A DNA stretch of 63,430 nucleotides, filler included, from Nemertoderma westbladi (Eukaryota; Animalia; Xenacoelomorpha), in the NCBI GenBank assembly GCA_032718475.1. It is 3 parts of 3 records of this genome, joined end to end, with 100 filler letters (N's around TTAATTAATTAA, not from the genome) between each part and the next. Parts side by side here need not be neighbours in the genome. Positions count along the whole stretch, not along the records: positions 1 to 24,233 come from JAUCBJ010000473.1; positions 24,334 to 40,367 come from JAUCBJ010002951.1; 1 more part is not named here. One strand, written 5' to 3'. The notes below the pieces were generated by a model. The model had not been told where the DNA came from. It ran no database searches and saw only the letters and a list, made by a program, of their open reading frames with translations. A program made the translations under genes and the position numbers. Below, in pieces: positions 10,768 to 25,007 of the stretch. Each line of letters starts with the position of its first letter. Position 1 is the first letter of the stretch.

Positions 10768-13033
10768 GTTTATTCCAACCAATGCCTCAGAGCCAGAACA
10801 AGCAGTCAAGTTTTATGAAGAACTGACTGGACTTATAAAGGACATTCCGAAACACAATGTTAAAGTTATTGCTGGTGACCTGAATGCGCAAATGGGCCCA
10901 GAAGACATCAAGGGTTACACCTATAACACCAGTTCTAACAGAAATGGCCAAATGGGTACTCACTTTTAGACCCAATGGAAGAATGTGAATTGATACCAAC
11001 AAACAACACATTCGAACAGAGTAAGGGGAAGCTATGGACCTTTCAATACCCTAATGGAACCAAAGCACAACTGGATTACATCCTTATAAACAAAAAGTGG
11101 AGAAACAGCATGATCAACTGCGAGGCATACAGCTCGTTCAACCTAATTAGTTCGGGCCACAGAATTGTGACTGCAGAGATCAGACTCAGTTTGAGAGCCA
11201 GCAAACCCAGGACAAGCAAACAAATCAAATATGACTGGGAGAAACTCAGAACTGACAATGCTGTAAAGGATGCTTATACAGTAGAAGTTCAAAACCGCTT
11301 TGAAGCACTTCAGTCAATGGATGAAGACCAATCCACCAATTCAATATACCAGAATATAATAACAGCCCACAAGGAATCAGCTAAGAGGCATATCCCCCAG
11401 AAACCCAAACGAAAACAGTATGTGCCATGGCAAAACTCTGAGGTTACTTGTAAGGGAGAAGATCTTAAGATAGCCTACAAAGTTAAAACCGAACAACCTA
11501 CAACCGAAAACATTAACAAGGTTGAGAAAGCTAAGGACGATCTTAAATTGGCCTACAACATCAGCCAGGAAAAGTACATACAGGATAAAACTGAAGCAAT
11601 TACAACTGCTCACATACAGCAACAGTCAAGACTTACCTGGCAAACTGTAAATGAGGTATCTGGTCGGAAAAGTTGTGCAAAGGGGCGCCTCAAAGCCGAT
11701 AGTCCTGAAGAACGTGTTGGGAAGTGGAAAAATCACTTCAGCAACTTGCTTGGGCAGCCACCAAACATCGAGGTCAGCCCTACAAGGAAAATATATGACA
11801 AGACACTACCTATAGAAACAGGGGACTTCACACCTGCCGAACTCCAAAGAAGCATTAAATGCATGTCCAATAATAAAGCGAGTGGATTAGATGAAATCCC
11901 AGCGGAGGTATGGAAAACCGGAGTGCTAAACAGACCATTATTGAATGTTTGCAACTCCAAGAAGGCATTCAACTCCATCCATAGAGGTAAAATGCTTGAA
12001 ATCCTAAGAGCTTATGGAATACCAGAAGTAATTGTTGCTGGCATTGGATTGTTATATTGTGACACAGAAGCGCAGGTACTCTCACCAGATGGTGAAACTG
12101 AGTTTTTCTCAATCCTGGCTGGCGTACTGCAAGGTGACACATTAGCACCATTACTATTTGTAATTGTGCTGGATTACGCAATGAGGACGGCCACAAAGGG
12201 TGAAGATCTGGGATTCACACTTCAAGAACGCAGAAGTAGTAGATATCCAGCAACTACAGTCACAGACACCGACTTTGCGGATGACATCGCCCTGCTCTCT
12301 AATACGCTAGCAGATGCACAGCTTCTACTAAATAAAGTGGAGAGGGCTGCTAAGGAGGTTGGATTGCATATAAATGCTACAAAGACCGAATTCATGACCT
12401 TTAATGTTGATGGAAACTTGACAACCATTGATAATAATCAATTAAGGAAGGTCGATGACTTCCAGTACCTTGGATCATGGATAGCGAGTAGCAAAAAGGA
12501 CATAGAAGTTAGGAAAGCAAAGGTTTGGGTAGCTCTATCAAAAATGGATACCATCTGGAAATCAGATCTCTCCAGGCACCTGAAGACTAAGTTCTTTGTA
12601 GTTCACAGTGGAAATTGTAATTTTATACGGGGGTGAGACCTGGACACTGACTAAATCACTTGAACAACGAATTGATGGTTGCTACACAAGACTACTAAGG
12701 GCAGCCCTAAACATCAGCTGGAGACAACACATGACAAACGCCGAGCTTTATGGTACAATACCACCTGTATCAACCACACTCCGTGAACGTAGATTAAGAT
12801 TCAGTGGGCACTGCTGGCGAAATAAAGACGAGGTCATAACAGATCTACTTCTCTGGCAACCAACTCATGGAAAGCGTAGTCGTGGACGACCGGCCATAAC
12901 ATATATAGATCAACTTGAAAGGGATACTGGACTTGGGAGAAACAAAATTGCGACAACTATGGAGAATCGGGAAGCCTGGAAGGATCTAATTTCCACTGTC
13001 CGAGTTCGCTCGACCTAGTAGTAGTAGTAGTAG
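10768..13033 (+). mobile_element. RTE-clade non-LTR retrotransposon (family 1), 5'-truncated, with (TAG)n tail and 10-bp TSD
   Basis: APE motifs (AGDLNAQMG, QLDYIL, SGHRIV), RT motifs ([21 protein letters not shown]) and an RTE C-terminus ([13 protein letters not shown]). Has a stop at 10969, a frameshift near 12610 and a missing early RT segment near 11955. TSD TGTGCGTCTT at 10758-10767 and 13034-13043; empty site at ~24000. Confidence 0.93.
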
Positions 13034-15027
13034 TGTGCGTCTTTGGGTTGGGGTGGTGCAGATTAAGAGGGAGGTTGATGGGGGGGGGGGGGGGGGGGAT
13101 CTTATTATTGCTTATTATTCCCCTATCTTTGATTTTTACTGGTGTTTGGTTAAATTTCTTGAATACCGAGTTTGTACAGTATACTGAATGTTCATTTGCT
13201 TTTTCATATTTTCTGTAATGTAATGTAACATGCAAATCACTTACATTAGGTGATTATTAAATGTAACGAAATTAATTATTTACACGAGAATTACTATTCC
13301 GTTTAGGCCCCCTATTCCATTAACGCGATGAGACCATCATGTAGTACGTATATTGATGTAAATCCTAAAGGGGTATATTCCAACCTTGAATCCTAACACA
13401 ATCAACTAATTGGCAGGTTTCGTATTTGCTGGTTTTCACAAGTCTCCAGGGAATATACATGTTCTTTTTATTAATATCAAGCAGTAGACTGGACTATATG
13501 GGCTATGTATGCCATTTGTATAAATTTGATAACAAGGGTTGACGCAAAACACCACAGTTTCAGTTTGGTACACTTCCTAAATTACAAGTGCTGATATGTA
13601 GGGGACGATGTATAGGATTATGATGTTTATTTTTGGTTATATATTTATTGTTTGTGGCTAATTTTACAGTTTTTATAATTTACCCTTTTGGAGTAGTGCG
13701 TTTGGTTTGGTACCTGCATTTGTGATTCATTCATATTTTAACCTCGTCAATAAAATTAAATATATGTATGAGTGGTATGAGTGGTTTTTGTACAGTATCA
13801 GTTCTTAACTCTTGTACTCAGTATAAGTACTGAGCATTGCATAGTTCGAATTTGGAGTTTGGCACAGTTTAGTCGAACTAACACATTCGAGGTCTCAGGG
13901 TAATTACAATTTGCAGTGAATTTGTTGGGCCAAGCGATGTATTGTGGACAATAATTTCAGTGAAAATTCACGCCAACTGCTGTGCTGGACTGAACAAAAG
14001 CAATGTCTTACAGTTTACAGAACAGCATGAGAAAAAATGTAAAATATATATATATTTTACTAATATAATATATATTTATATTATTTATAACTGAATTCCA
14101 CCAGTAACACATTTTTATCATTATAGGATATCATTATTTGAAAGAGTTGAGTTAATTTGTAAATTTTTGCATTTAATTAGCGAACAACGAATCTTAGAAA
14201 TCAATGCTCAAAAGTCCTCTAATAACTTATTGTTATAGTTCACTCAGGCTATGGTAAACGATATGAGTTACAGTTCAACAGGGGCAGTTAATATTTACAC
14301 GATAGCAAACTTTTGCAGTGTTGTTATTTATTATATTAGAATATAATTCCATTGTTGAACCGATTTACATAATAAATATATATCCTTTGATCCTAGAAAT
14401 GGGACACTTCACTTAATAATTTTGTGACGTTAGCCATTTAGGTAAACCATTATTCATAAATTCTAAATAGCATTAGCATTTGAAACAGTGACAATATAAA
14501 CGTATTGAGACAAAATTGAGTTTTGGGTGAAAAGCTTGCCAAGCTTGGTGCATTAAAGTTTGTGTTGGGAGGATACCGGTATGAGCGCTCACCCGCCCTT
14601 ATGATAGCTAGTGGGAATTAAATATTAGGCCATTAATATTGCATCAATATTAAGTGCTTTTCGCGTATAACAATAAGCATAAAATGGTTCACGACATGGT
14701 TAATTAATTGTTGGCCATGCAATATTTATATTTGGTTGAAGTTCGGCCTGTAAATCGTACTCGATTCGTAAACCCCAGACTTAGATAACCGGATGACGGA
14801 ATTGAATCTATAACATATTTTTGTCTGACTCAATTTCCATTGTTATTTTCTAAATATTTATCGATCAATGCATTATGCCTGATTTGTTATTTATTTATTT
14901 GCATCTCCTCAGCCTCTTGTAATTGGCATCTGCTGCTTCACTGTCGACTATGGGTCGATCTGGGTTCTTTTTATCCTGATCCGGATGTGGAAATACTCTG
15001 ACTTTTGCCCAATAATAGTTACATTCA

Positions 15028-16790
15028 CCCTATTAACCCCGGCGGGTGGGGCGGGGGGGGGGGGGTCAATATGATCTTTCCCCGTTTTTTATTTTGTTAT
15101 AACTTTGAATTTTATGACTTTTCCTAATTATCTTCTTAATAGTGACAACGGTTTTCAAAAATAATGGAAGTTTTCGAGTTATTGCACCATTTTTTAACTT
15201 TTGGCACTTTTTTTTAGAGGTTTTTTGAAAATTTTACATTTAACCCTATTAGTACCGGGCTATATAATATAATAAGGTTATATTGACCCCCCCCCCCCCC
15301 CCCCCCTCTAAAATCTACAAATTTTTACGAAAACGTCTGATTTTTTGTTTGTACGTAGGTATCACTAGTCTGGATCTGACCGAAAAAAAAAATTTTCGAA
15401 AAATGTACTGGAGTGGTTATATTGCAGCACCAAAATTACAAGTAGTGCACAATTTTTATAAAATTTGAAAGTTACATTTTTCGGCTAATTATTTTTCAAT
15501 ACAGGTTTTCTGGGGCGCAAAATACATTGGAAAATATTTAAAAATGATATGATTACTATAAATGGCTGTTTAGTCCTCTCTGCGAAGGAAAAAAATGAAA
15601 AAAACATGTAACCAGCACTTTTCAGTTCGAACACAAAATTTTTTATTCACTTATATGATGCTATAAATTCACATTTATAGGTTTTATAAGGCGCTGATTC
15701 TAATGGAATACATTTATAATATGCCAGATCATTGCTACTTGTATTTTTCGGCGTAATTTGGCAAATTTTGGTGCTAGCACCAAATTTCGTACCCATCACC
15801 AAAAAGTACAAGTTTGCGATGTCCAGTGCTGTCCTGTTATTGATTCCATCGGATTCAGGACCCTCATAAACCCGTATAACGCAAGAAACAAGATGATACT
15901 ATCTACTGATCAATTTGCTTATTTTCAAAAATTTCGTGCTGGCACAACAATTTTCACCCACCGGCGAAAAATACAAGTTTGAAAACTCTTATGAAATTTT
16001 TACTGATTTCATTGAATTCAGAACCCTCACAAACCCGTATAACGCAAGAAACAAGGTGACACCACAATCAATTGATATATTTGATGGTGCTAGCACCACA
16101 TTTTGCACCCACTTCCGAAAAATACAAGTTTGAGATGTCTAGTTCGATAATTATATATTATATTGAATTCAAAACAGCCCAAAACCTCTAAAATGCAAGA
16201 AATAAATTGTCACAAGCAATTGTATCTATTGAATGGATTTTCAAAATTTCGTGCTAGCACCAAAATTTGCACACAGCGCCGAAAAATACAAGTTTGTTAC
16301 GCTTGGTGCAACTCGTATATATTCCATCAAAACCAGAACCCCAAAAAACCCCAATTGCGTATAAAACAAGTTTCAAACAATCAATTTACAAAATTGACAT
16401 ATTTCAAAATTTGGTGCTGGCACCAAAATTTGGCACCCGCCGAAAAAAAACAAGTTTGAAATTTCTAAATCGGTTTATATGAATTCCATCCAATTGCTAA
16501 CACCAAAAAACCGGTGTAAATCAAAAATAGAGATGTTACAAATCATATTTAATGAACTGTAATTTTCAAAAAACGTCGCAAAAAAAGTGCTAAAAGTAGG
16601 GTTAAAAAATGGTGCTATAACTCGAAAACTACCTAATATTTTTGAAAACGGTTTTCACTACTAGAATGACAATAGATTTTTAGGAAAAGTCATAAAATTT
16701 CAGATTCCCAACTGCGTTTTGTTTCATAATTATAACAAAAAAACTACGGGGGTGGGGGGGTCATATTGACCCCCCCCGGGTTTAATAGGG
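15028..16790. mobile_element. piggyBac-like non-autonomous element with ~190 bp TIRs and internal ~160 bp tandem repeats
   Basis: TTCA|CCCTATTAACCCCGG... and ...CCCGGGTTTAATAGGG|TTAA; internal GTGCTAGCACCAAA...AAAATACAAGTTT units near 15770, 15935, 16087, 16250 and 16413; extra TTAACCCTATT terminus at 15240. Confidence 0.75.
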
Positions 16791-16825
16791 TTAATGAAAT
16801 ATGATTTATAACATCTCTATTTTTG

Positions 16826-19800
16826 TATACATGTATAACTCAGCATGTGTATAACAACTTTATATCCTGCTATAATACATGTATAACTCAGCATGTGTAT
16901 AACAACTTTATATCCTGCTATAATACATGTATAACTCAGCTATAATACATGTATAACTCAGCTATAATACATGTATAACTCAGCTATAATACATGTATAA
17001 CTCAGCTATAATACATGTATAACTCAGCTATAATACATGTATAACTCAGCTATAATACATGTATAACTCAGCTATAATACATGTATAACTCAGCTATAAT
17101 ACATGTATAACTCAGCTATAATACATGTATAACTCAGCTATAATACATGTATAACTCAGCTATAATACATGTATAACTCAGCTATAATACATGTATAACT
17201 CAGCTATAATACATGTATAACTCAGCTATAATACATGTATAACTCAGCTATAATACATGTATAACTCAGCTATAATACATGTATAACTCAGCTATAATAC
17301 ATGTATAACTCAGCTATAATACATGTATAACTCAGCTATAATACATGTATAACTCAGCTATAATACATGTATAACTCAGCTATAATACATGTATAACTCA
17401 GCTATAATACATGTATAACTCAGCTATAATACATGTATAACTCAGCTATAATACATGTATAACTCAGCTATAATACATGTATAACTCAGCTATAATACAT
17501 GTATAACTCAGCTATAATACATGTATAACTCAGCTATAATACATGTATAACTCAGCTATAATACATGTATAACTCAGCTATAATACATGTATAACTCAGC
17601 TATAATACATGTATAACTCAGCTATAATACATGTATAACTCAGCTATAATACATGTATAACTCAGCTATAATACATGTATAACTCAGCTATAATACATGT
17701 ATAACTCAGCTATAATACATGTATAACTCAGCTATAATACATGTATAACTCAGCTATAATACATGTATAACTCAGCTATAATACATGTATAACTCAGCTA
17801 TAATACATGTATAACTCAGCTATAATACATGTATAACTCAGCTATAATACATGTATAACTCAGCTATAATACATGTATAACTCAGCTATAATACATGTAT
17901 AACTCAGCTATAATACATGTATAACTCAGCTATAATACATGTATAACTCAGCTATAATACATGTATAACTCAGCTATAATACATGTATAACTCAGCTATA
18001 ATACATGTATAACTCAGCTATAATACATGTATAACTCAGCTATAATACATGTATAACTCAGCTATAATACATGTATAACTCAGCTATAATACATGTATAA
18101 CTCAGCTATAATACATGTATAACTCAGCTATAATACATGTATAACTCAGCTATAATACATGTATAACTCAGCTATAATACATGTATAACTCAGCTATAAT
18201 ACATGTATAACTCAGCTATAATACATGTATAACTCAGCTATAATACATGTATAACTCAGCTATAATACATGTATAACTCAGCTATAATACATGTATAACT
18301 CAGCTATAATACATGTATAACTCAGCTATAATACATGTATAACTCAGCTATAATACATGTATAACTCAGCTATAATACATGTATAACTCAGCTATAATAC
18401 ATGTATAACTCAGCTATAATACATGTATAACTCAGCTATAATACATGTATAACTCAGCTATAATACATGTATAACTCAGCTATAATACATGTATAACTCA
18501 GCTATAATACATGTATAACTCAGCTATAATACATGTATAACTCAGCTATAATACATGTATAACTCAGCTATAATACATGTATAACTCAGCTATAATACAT
18601 GTATAACTCAGCTATAATACATGTATAACTCAGCTATAATACATGTATAACTCAGCTATAATACATGTATAACTCAGCTATAATACATGTATAACTCAGC
18701 TATAATACATGTATAACTCAGCTATAATACATGTATAACTCAGCTATAATACATGTATAACTCAGCTATAATACATGTATAACTCAGCTATAATACATGT
18801 ATAACTCAGCTATAATACATGTATAACTCAGCTATAATACATGTATAACTCAGCTATAATACATGTATAACTCAGCTATAATACATGTATAACTCAGCTA
18901 TAATACATGTATAACTCAGCTATAATACATGTATAACTCAGCTATAATACATGTATAACTCAGCTATAATACATGTATAACTCAGCTATAATACATGTAT
19001 AACTCAGCTATAATACATGTATAACTCAGCTATAATACATGTATAACTCAGCTATAATACATGTATAACTCAGCTATAATACATGTATAACTCAGCTATA
19101 ATACATGTATAACTCAGCTATAATACATGTATAACTCAGCTATAATACATGTATAACTCAGCTATAATACATGTATAACTCAGCTATAATACATGTATAA
19201 CTCAGCTATAATACATGTATAACTCAGCTATAATACATGTATAACTCAGCTATAATACATGTATAACTCAGCTATAATACATGTATAACTCAGCTATAAT
19301 ACATGTATAACTCAGCTATAATACATGTATAACTCAGCTATAATACATGTATAACTCAGCTATAATACATGTATAACTCAGCTATAATACATGTATAACT
19401 CAGCTATAATACATGTATAACTCAGCTATAATACATGTATAACTCAGCTATAATACATGTATAACTCAGCTATAATACATGTATAACTCAGCTATAATAC
19501 ATGTATAACTCAGCTATAATACATGTATAACTCAGCTATAATACATGTATAACTCAGCTATAATACATGTATAACTCAGCTATAATACATGTATAACTCA
19601 GCTATAATACATGTATAACTCAGCTATAATACATGTATAACTCAGCTATAATACATGTATAACTCAGCTATAATACATGTATAACTCAGCTATAATACAT
19701 GTATAACTCAGCTATAATACATGTATAACTCAGCTATAATACATGTATAACTCAGCTATAATACATGTATAACTCAGCTATAATACATGTATAACTCAGC

Positions 19801-20196
19801 TATAATACATGTATAACTCAGCTATAATACATGTATAACTCAGCTATAATACATGTATAACTCAGCTATAATACATGTATAACTCAGCTATAATACATGT
19901 ATAACTCAGCTATAATACATGTATAACTCAGCTATAATACATGTATAACTCAGCTATAATACATGTATAACTCAGCTATAATACATGTATAACTCAGCTA
20001 TAATACATGTATAACTCAGCTATAATACATGTATAACTCAGCTATAATACATGTATAACTCAGCTATAATACATGTATAACTCAGCTATAATACATGTAT
20101 AACTCAGCTATAATACATGTATAACTCAGCTATAATACATGTATAACTCAGCATGTGTATAACAACTTTATATCCTGCTATAATACATGTATAACT
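16826..20196. repeat. Tandem satellite, 22-bp unit TATAATACATGTATAACTCAGC (~146 copies, 16919-20130), flanked by 48-bp precursor units
   Basis: Directly visible; the unit contains the palindrome ATACATGTAT. Confidence 0.97.
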
Positions 20197-20299
20197 TAAC
20201 AATACTAACTTATAACAAAACATTTTTTATTGTATGGACTCAAAAAGTGGGTGCAATAAAATTTAAAAAAAGTTCATTTGCACCCACGTTTGGTTCAGG

Positions 20300-23200
20300 G
20301 GCATTTGTTAAATCAGTAAATCATAGAAATTGATACAAGAAACGAAATCACAGACCAGAAAAACCCTATAGAAAAATGTGCAGTTAGGTGTGGTGTAATT
20401 CTTATATATTGTCACACAAGCTGAAAGACAGACATACATACAGATAGAGAGACGGACTGACAGGACTAGAATCCGTAAATCGTAGAAACAGATTACAGAA
20501 ACGAAATCACACACCAGAAAAACCCCATAGCAAAATTTTTAGTTAGGTCTGGTGTATTTTTTTTTATTTTGACAGACATACTAAAAAGACAGACAGACAG
20601 ACAGACGGACAGATAGGACTAGACTCAATAAATTTTAGAAACTAATACCATAAATGCAATCTCAGACCAGGAAAACCCCATAGCCAAATGTTTTAGCTAA
20701 ATGTAGTGAGATTTTTTACACTGTATTTTCACAAACAGACAGAGTTTCAAGCGGTTTGGGCTTATGATATGGTTTTAAAGTGTCAATATCCATAATCTAC
20801 GAAAATTGTGATCTTAAACAACTAAAAAAAAATCTCAAAAATTTTATTTTTTTTGAAAATTTTAAGGGTTCCATCTCCCCTTAAATATTTTAAGATTAAT
20901 TAATTACCCTTGAATTTGAAATATAATTAAAATTTGTAGGAGAATTCAGATCTTTCCTTAAAATTGCAATTGGAAAGGAACTACACTGGCAAGTGCTATG
21001 TGCTATGCTAATGGCAAGGCAATGGCTAACGCCATTGATTATCAATGAAGATTAGAACTAGGATTGAATAATTGGCCTAATAGGGGACGGTAATGATAAA
21101 CTAAAGTTCTTAATCGATTGTGCAAATATAATAATTGACTACCGGTAACATAAGCAGCACCGTCAGACAAATTGATCCTTAATTTTAATATATACAGTAC
21201 AACACAATAATTGCGAACACCAACAACTACTAAATATTAAACACTACCAAATTTAAAACATGATAATATAAAGTAGAATATATACAGCTTATATAATCGC
21301 AACTTATATAATTTCTATATTAAGTAATATAATAAACTTATAAAAAATACCAGCTGTTTTAGATAACTTTGATAAGACATATGTTATATGAGTGTTCCAG
21401 GATAACTTTTGATCAATTTGAATTCCTAGGTACTTAACCGATGGTGACATTGTTAAATATTTATTGTTAATTTTTAAAGAGTTTTGAAATTGGGATCTTT
21501 CTAGTTTGTTTGACGCTACCATAAATTCAGTTTTTTTGTATTTATTGATAATCTATTGGAAATTAGCCAGTCTTGTATATTACTTAGTTCTGAGTTCATA
21601 GTCGTCACTAAGGAGGTCGCGTCATTGTTTCTACAAAGAAAACTTGAGTCGTCCGCGAAAGGTACTGTGTATAATTTAGAAGCATTTGGTATGTCGTTAA
21701 TATATAGTAAAAAGAAAATGGAAGCTAAGATTGAACCCTGTGCTATCCCGCATGTGATTTTTTGAAAGGTTGAAATTGAGTTATTAATTTTGGTAAACTG
21801 AAGTCGATTTTGGAAATAATTTTTGAAAAGTTGTATTTGGAATCCGCAAATTCAAATAGTGTTCAAGCTTTTTTACAAGGATCGAGTGGTTTACTGTGTC
21901 ATATGCCCTTTTTATATCCATATATATTATACATCCATTTGACTGGGTGTCTAATATATCACGAATTTTTTCCGTCATTGCTAAAATAGCTTGAAATGGG
22001 GATCTTTTTTTCCGGAATCCGTATTGGTGGGTGTATAGGAGGTCAAATTTTTGCAGGTAATTAGCTAACTGGTCGTAAATAATTTTTTCGTAAATTTTAC
22101 TTAGCATGGGAAGTACTGATATAGGGCGGTAGTTAGAAGTATCCAGGGGGTCACCGCTTTTGAATACAGGGGTGATTTTTGCTATTTTCAGTATATCAGG
22201 GAATTGACCCATTCTAAAGTTCTCATTTATTAACACGGATAAATGGCTGTCTAGGACTTCAGATCCTAATCTTAATAGGCGGCAAGGGAAACGGTCATTA
22301 TAAGCTGTATCCTCATTTAAGTGTAAAATATGTATGATATTGGATTTCAACGGGTGATGTCTCTACAAGGGAAAAGGATTTATAAGTTGAGCGAGTTTTC
22401 ATAAATGTCATAAATCTTCATTGATAAAGGCGTTACTTAAACGTTGAAATATATTTGTATGATTTAATATTGTTATTTAATTTTCCTATCGTAATTAAAT
22501 GCTTCATTTAATAATTATACACAACTTTCATTGGTGTTTTGAGTTTTGACTAAACACTAACTAAAATTCAGTTGTATTTGTTGGGGGTAAACACTACAAC
22601 TGTGCCTACACATACATCTAACGTAAGGCATATAGGCATATAAGGCATACTGTTGATTCTCAAGTAGTTGATTCTAATTAAATTGGTTTTTCTACAATAT
22701 TCCTAACTCTTGTTTATTGTTTTGGTTCCTTTCAACCCACCTCTGTAAACTGCTTCTTTACTAACTTGCAGTAGGTGTAGGCGTATCATTTACTCCTGTA
22801 TTTTGTCGGCTGGTGAAAAGTTAAGTAAAAGTACTGCAGGGTGGATCACTGAGTAATGTAAATGTAATGTAAATGGATGAAACATGGATTTATATTTTAC
22901 CAACAATCAAAAACAAAACGTAAAGCTCAAATCAAAATCATCAATACAATCACATTTTGTGATTATCGCTGTTCTTTGCAAGAGTAAATGAATTAAGGTT
23001 GTGGGGCGAGCCACGAAAGTAAGCGAGCTTAGCATACAGCTACCACGAACTTTTCCTCGGTACCTCGGTTTGTCTGTTATTTTCAATTTTAAACGTTAAT
23101 AACTCGGCCAATCTTCGATGAAATCTAACCAAACTTGGTACACATTTTGTTTGGCAAAAGTTTAGAAATTTTCCACGTTGAATTTGCATGCGGCCTTCGA

Positions 23201-24233
23201 GAAGCTAATATAATAGCAGTTAATGAGTTAATTAAGTTGATTACGGTAAAAAACAGCATTTTGTCTGCAGCCCTTTATTGGAAATTAACTATTTTCTAAT
23301 ATAAGATTTAAATAATTATACTTAAAAAAATATTATACAACTGTATTCCTCATACTCCATTCCATTATAGTTTTTAATTAATTCAAGTGATTTGCTTTAA
23401 GAAATGTGTTTTTAATTGATCTAAACGTAATGAAGTTATTAAAATACCCCGTCAGCCGTCACTCTATACTTCCAGCTCCCTTATTCCAAGGCAAGCTTCC
23501 TAGCCTAACTGGGAACCAGTCCAACCACCCCAGTTCACGCTACGCTTTAGGCAGCCTTGTAATGAGCCAGACTAATTAGCCAGCTTGGTTATTGTGTTTA
23601 CCTTACGAAATGATTTGCTGAGTATTTAATCGTGATTCTTTAGAATAATTAGCTAAATTATTTCGTTGAGATGTTGACATGATAAATTAATATCTCAGTA
23701 TCAATACTATCGGGAAAAGGTAAGTTTTATATTTCTTACAAATTGGGTCGCCTAAAATATTTAATATATTACTTTATGAGTTTAACATGTTACCAATAAC
23801 ATGAGTTTATTGATTTTTTTGTTGGTTATAAAATAAATTGAATAATTTGTGATATTAAATTATTTTTGCTAGAAATTTGTGCTGTTTGTATATTTGAGAA
23901 TCTCTTCCAGTTGTATTTTGTGTTATATTAAAAATAAATATAATATATTACTTTTAAAACACAAATTTCGAATTAATACCTGCCTTTCATCAATCCTGTG
24001 TGCGTCTTTAGGTTGGGATGGTGCAGATTAAGAGGGAGGTTGAAGGGGGGCGGGGGAGGGGGGGGGGGGGGGGGGGGGGGACTTGGCTTATTATTCCCCT
24101 ATCTTTGATTTACTGGTGTTTGGTTAAATTTCTTGAATACCGAGTTTGTTTGGTTAAATTTCTTGAATACCGAGTTTGTACAGTATACTGACTATTCATT
24201 TGCTTTTTAATGTTTTCTGTAATGTAATGTAAC
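20300..24233 (+). repeat. Diverged duplicate of parts of 2668-13230
   Basis: 20300-21287 matches 2668-3785; 22413-22540 matches 9866-9992; 23527-24233 matches 10290-10767 joined to 13044-13229. Confidence 0.88.
21288..22412 (-). mobile_element. CR1/L2/Jockey-group LINE reverse transcriptase fragment, degraded
   Basis: YRPISVLPMLSKIYEK, QYGFRK, DIKRAYDTVNH, GIAQGSIL, FADDS and KYLGIQIDQKLSW across shifted frames. Confidence 0.88.
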
Positions 24234-24333
24234 NNNNNNNNNNNNNNNNNNNNNNNNNNNNNNNNNNNNNNNNNNNNTTAATTAATTAANNNNNNNNNNN
24301 NNNNNNNNNNNNNNNNNNNNNNNNNNNNNNNNN
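24234..24333. other. Assembly gap with artificial TTAATTAATTAA six-frame stop linker
   Basis: 44 N + TTAATTAATTAA + 44 N; identical structure at 40368-40467. Confidence 0.95.
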
Positions 24334-24399
24334 TGGATCTGTCGTGTTGAGACCTTTTCGGGCCTCACCACAGTTCTTCCCTCCAGCCCCCTGGAGGCT

Positions 24400-24620
24400 C
24401 AACATATAATCCAGACATTTGTCATCCTCTGCAGTTAGAGCCCAGCATGTACTCCCATTTAAGACCCCTAGATCCCTTCCTATAATAAACCCATTTAAGA
24501 GGACTGATACAACTGCTGCCATAAAAGTGAACCTTAAAAATAACAGCCCTCAAGAAATGTATATTCGTAAGGGCATGAGCTCCTGGGATCGCTTGGGGTG
24601 GTTGAGCATGTGGATGACTT
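24400..24620 (-). mobile_element. Short RTE (family 2-like) fragment
   Basis: [24 protein letters not shown] matches [24 protein letters not shown] of the 45-48 kb element. Confidence 0.65.
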
Positions 24621-24696
24621 CCGCTACTTATAAGGGGAAGGCATAATCTGTGTTAGGATTTGGAAGTCCCATAAAACAAAGCAGAATCTCAATGTT

Positions 24697-25007
24697 ACAC
24701 ATTGGAACAAAGTTCGCCACACATTGGAACAAAGTTCGCTACCCACTGGAACAAAGTTCGCTACCCATTGGAACAAAGTTCGCTACACATTGGAACAAAG
24801 TTCGCTAACATTAGAACAAAGTTCGCTCCCACTGGAACAAAGTTCGCTACCCATTGGAACAAAGTTCGCTACCCATCGGAACAAGGTTCGCTACCCATCG
24901 GAACAAAGTTCGCTACACATTGGAACAAAGTTCGCTACCCATCGGAACAAAGTTCGCTACCCATCGGAACAATGTTCGCTACCCATCGGAACAAAGTTCG
25001 CAACATT
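24697..25007. repeat. 22-bp minisatellite (CATTGGAACAAAGTTCGCTACC), ~14 copies
   Basis: Directly visible; it explains the repetitive ORFs at 24702-25093. Confidence 0.93.

Noticed and set aside
10787-12428. Antisense ORFs over the RTE element (and over 46-47.5 kb)
   Set aside because: Shadow frames of the LINE coding strand.
15758-16482. Overlapping short ORFs
   Set aside because: They derive from internal tandem repeats of the piggyBac-like element and show no transposase motifs.
24278-24289. TTAATTAATTAA islands within N runs (also 40412-40423) as homeodomain sites
   Set aside because: Identical, centred in 100-nt gaps and carrying stops in all six frames: a scaffolding linker.
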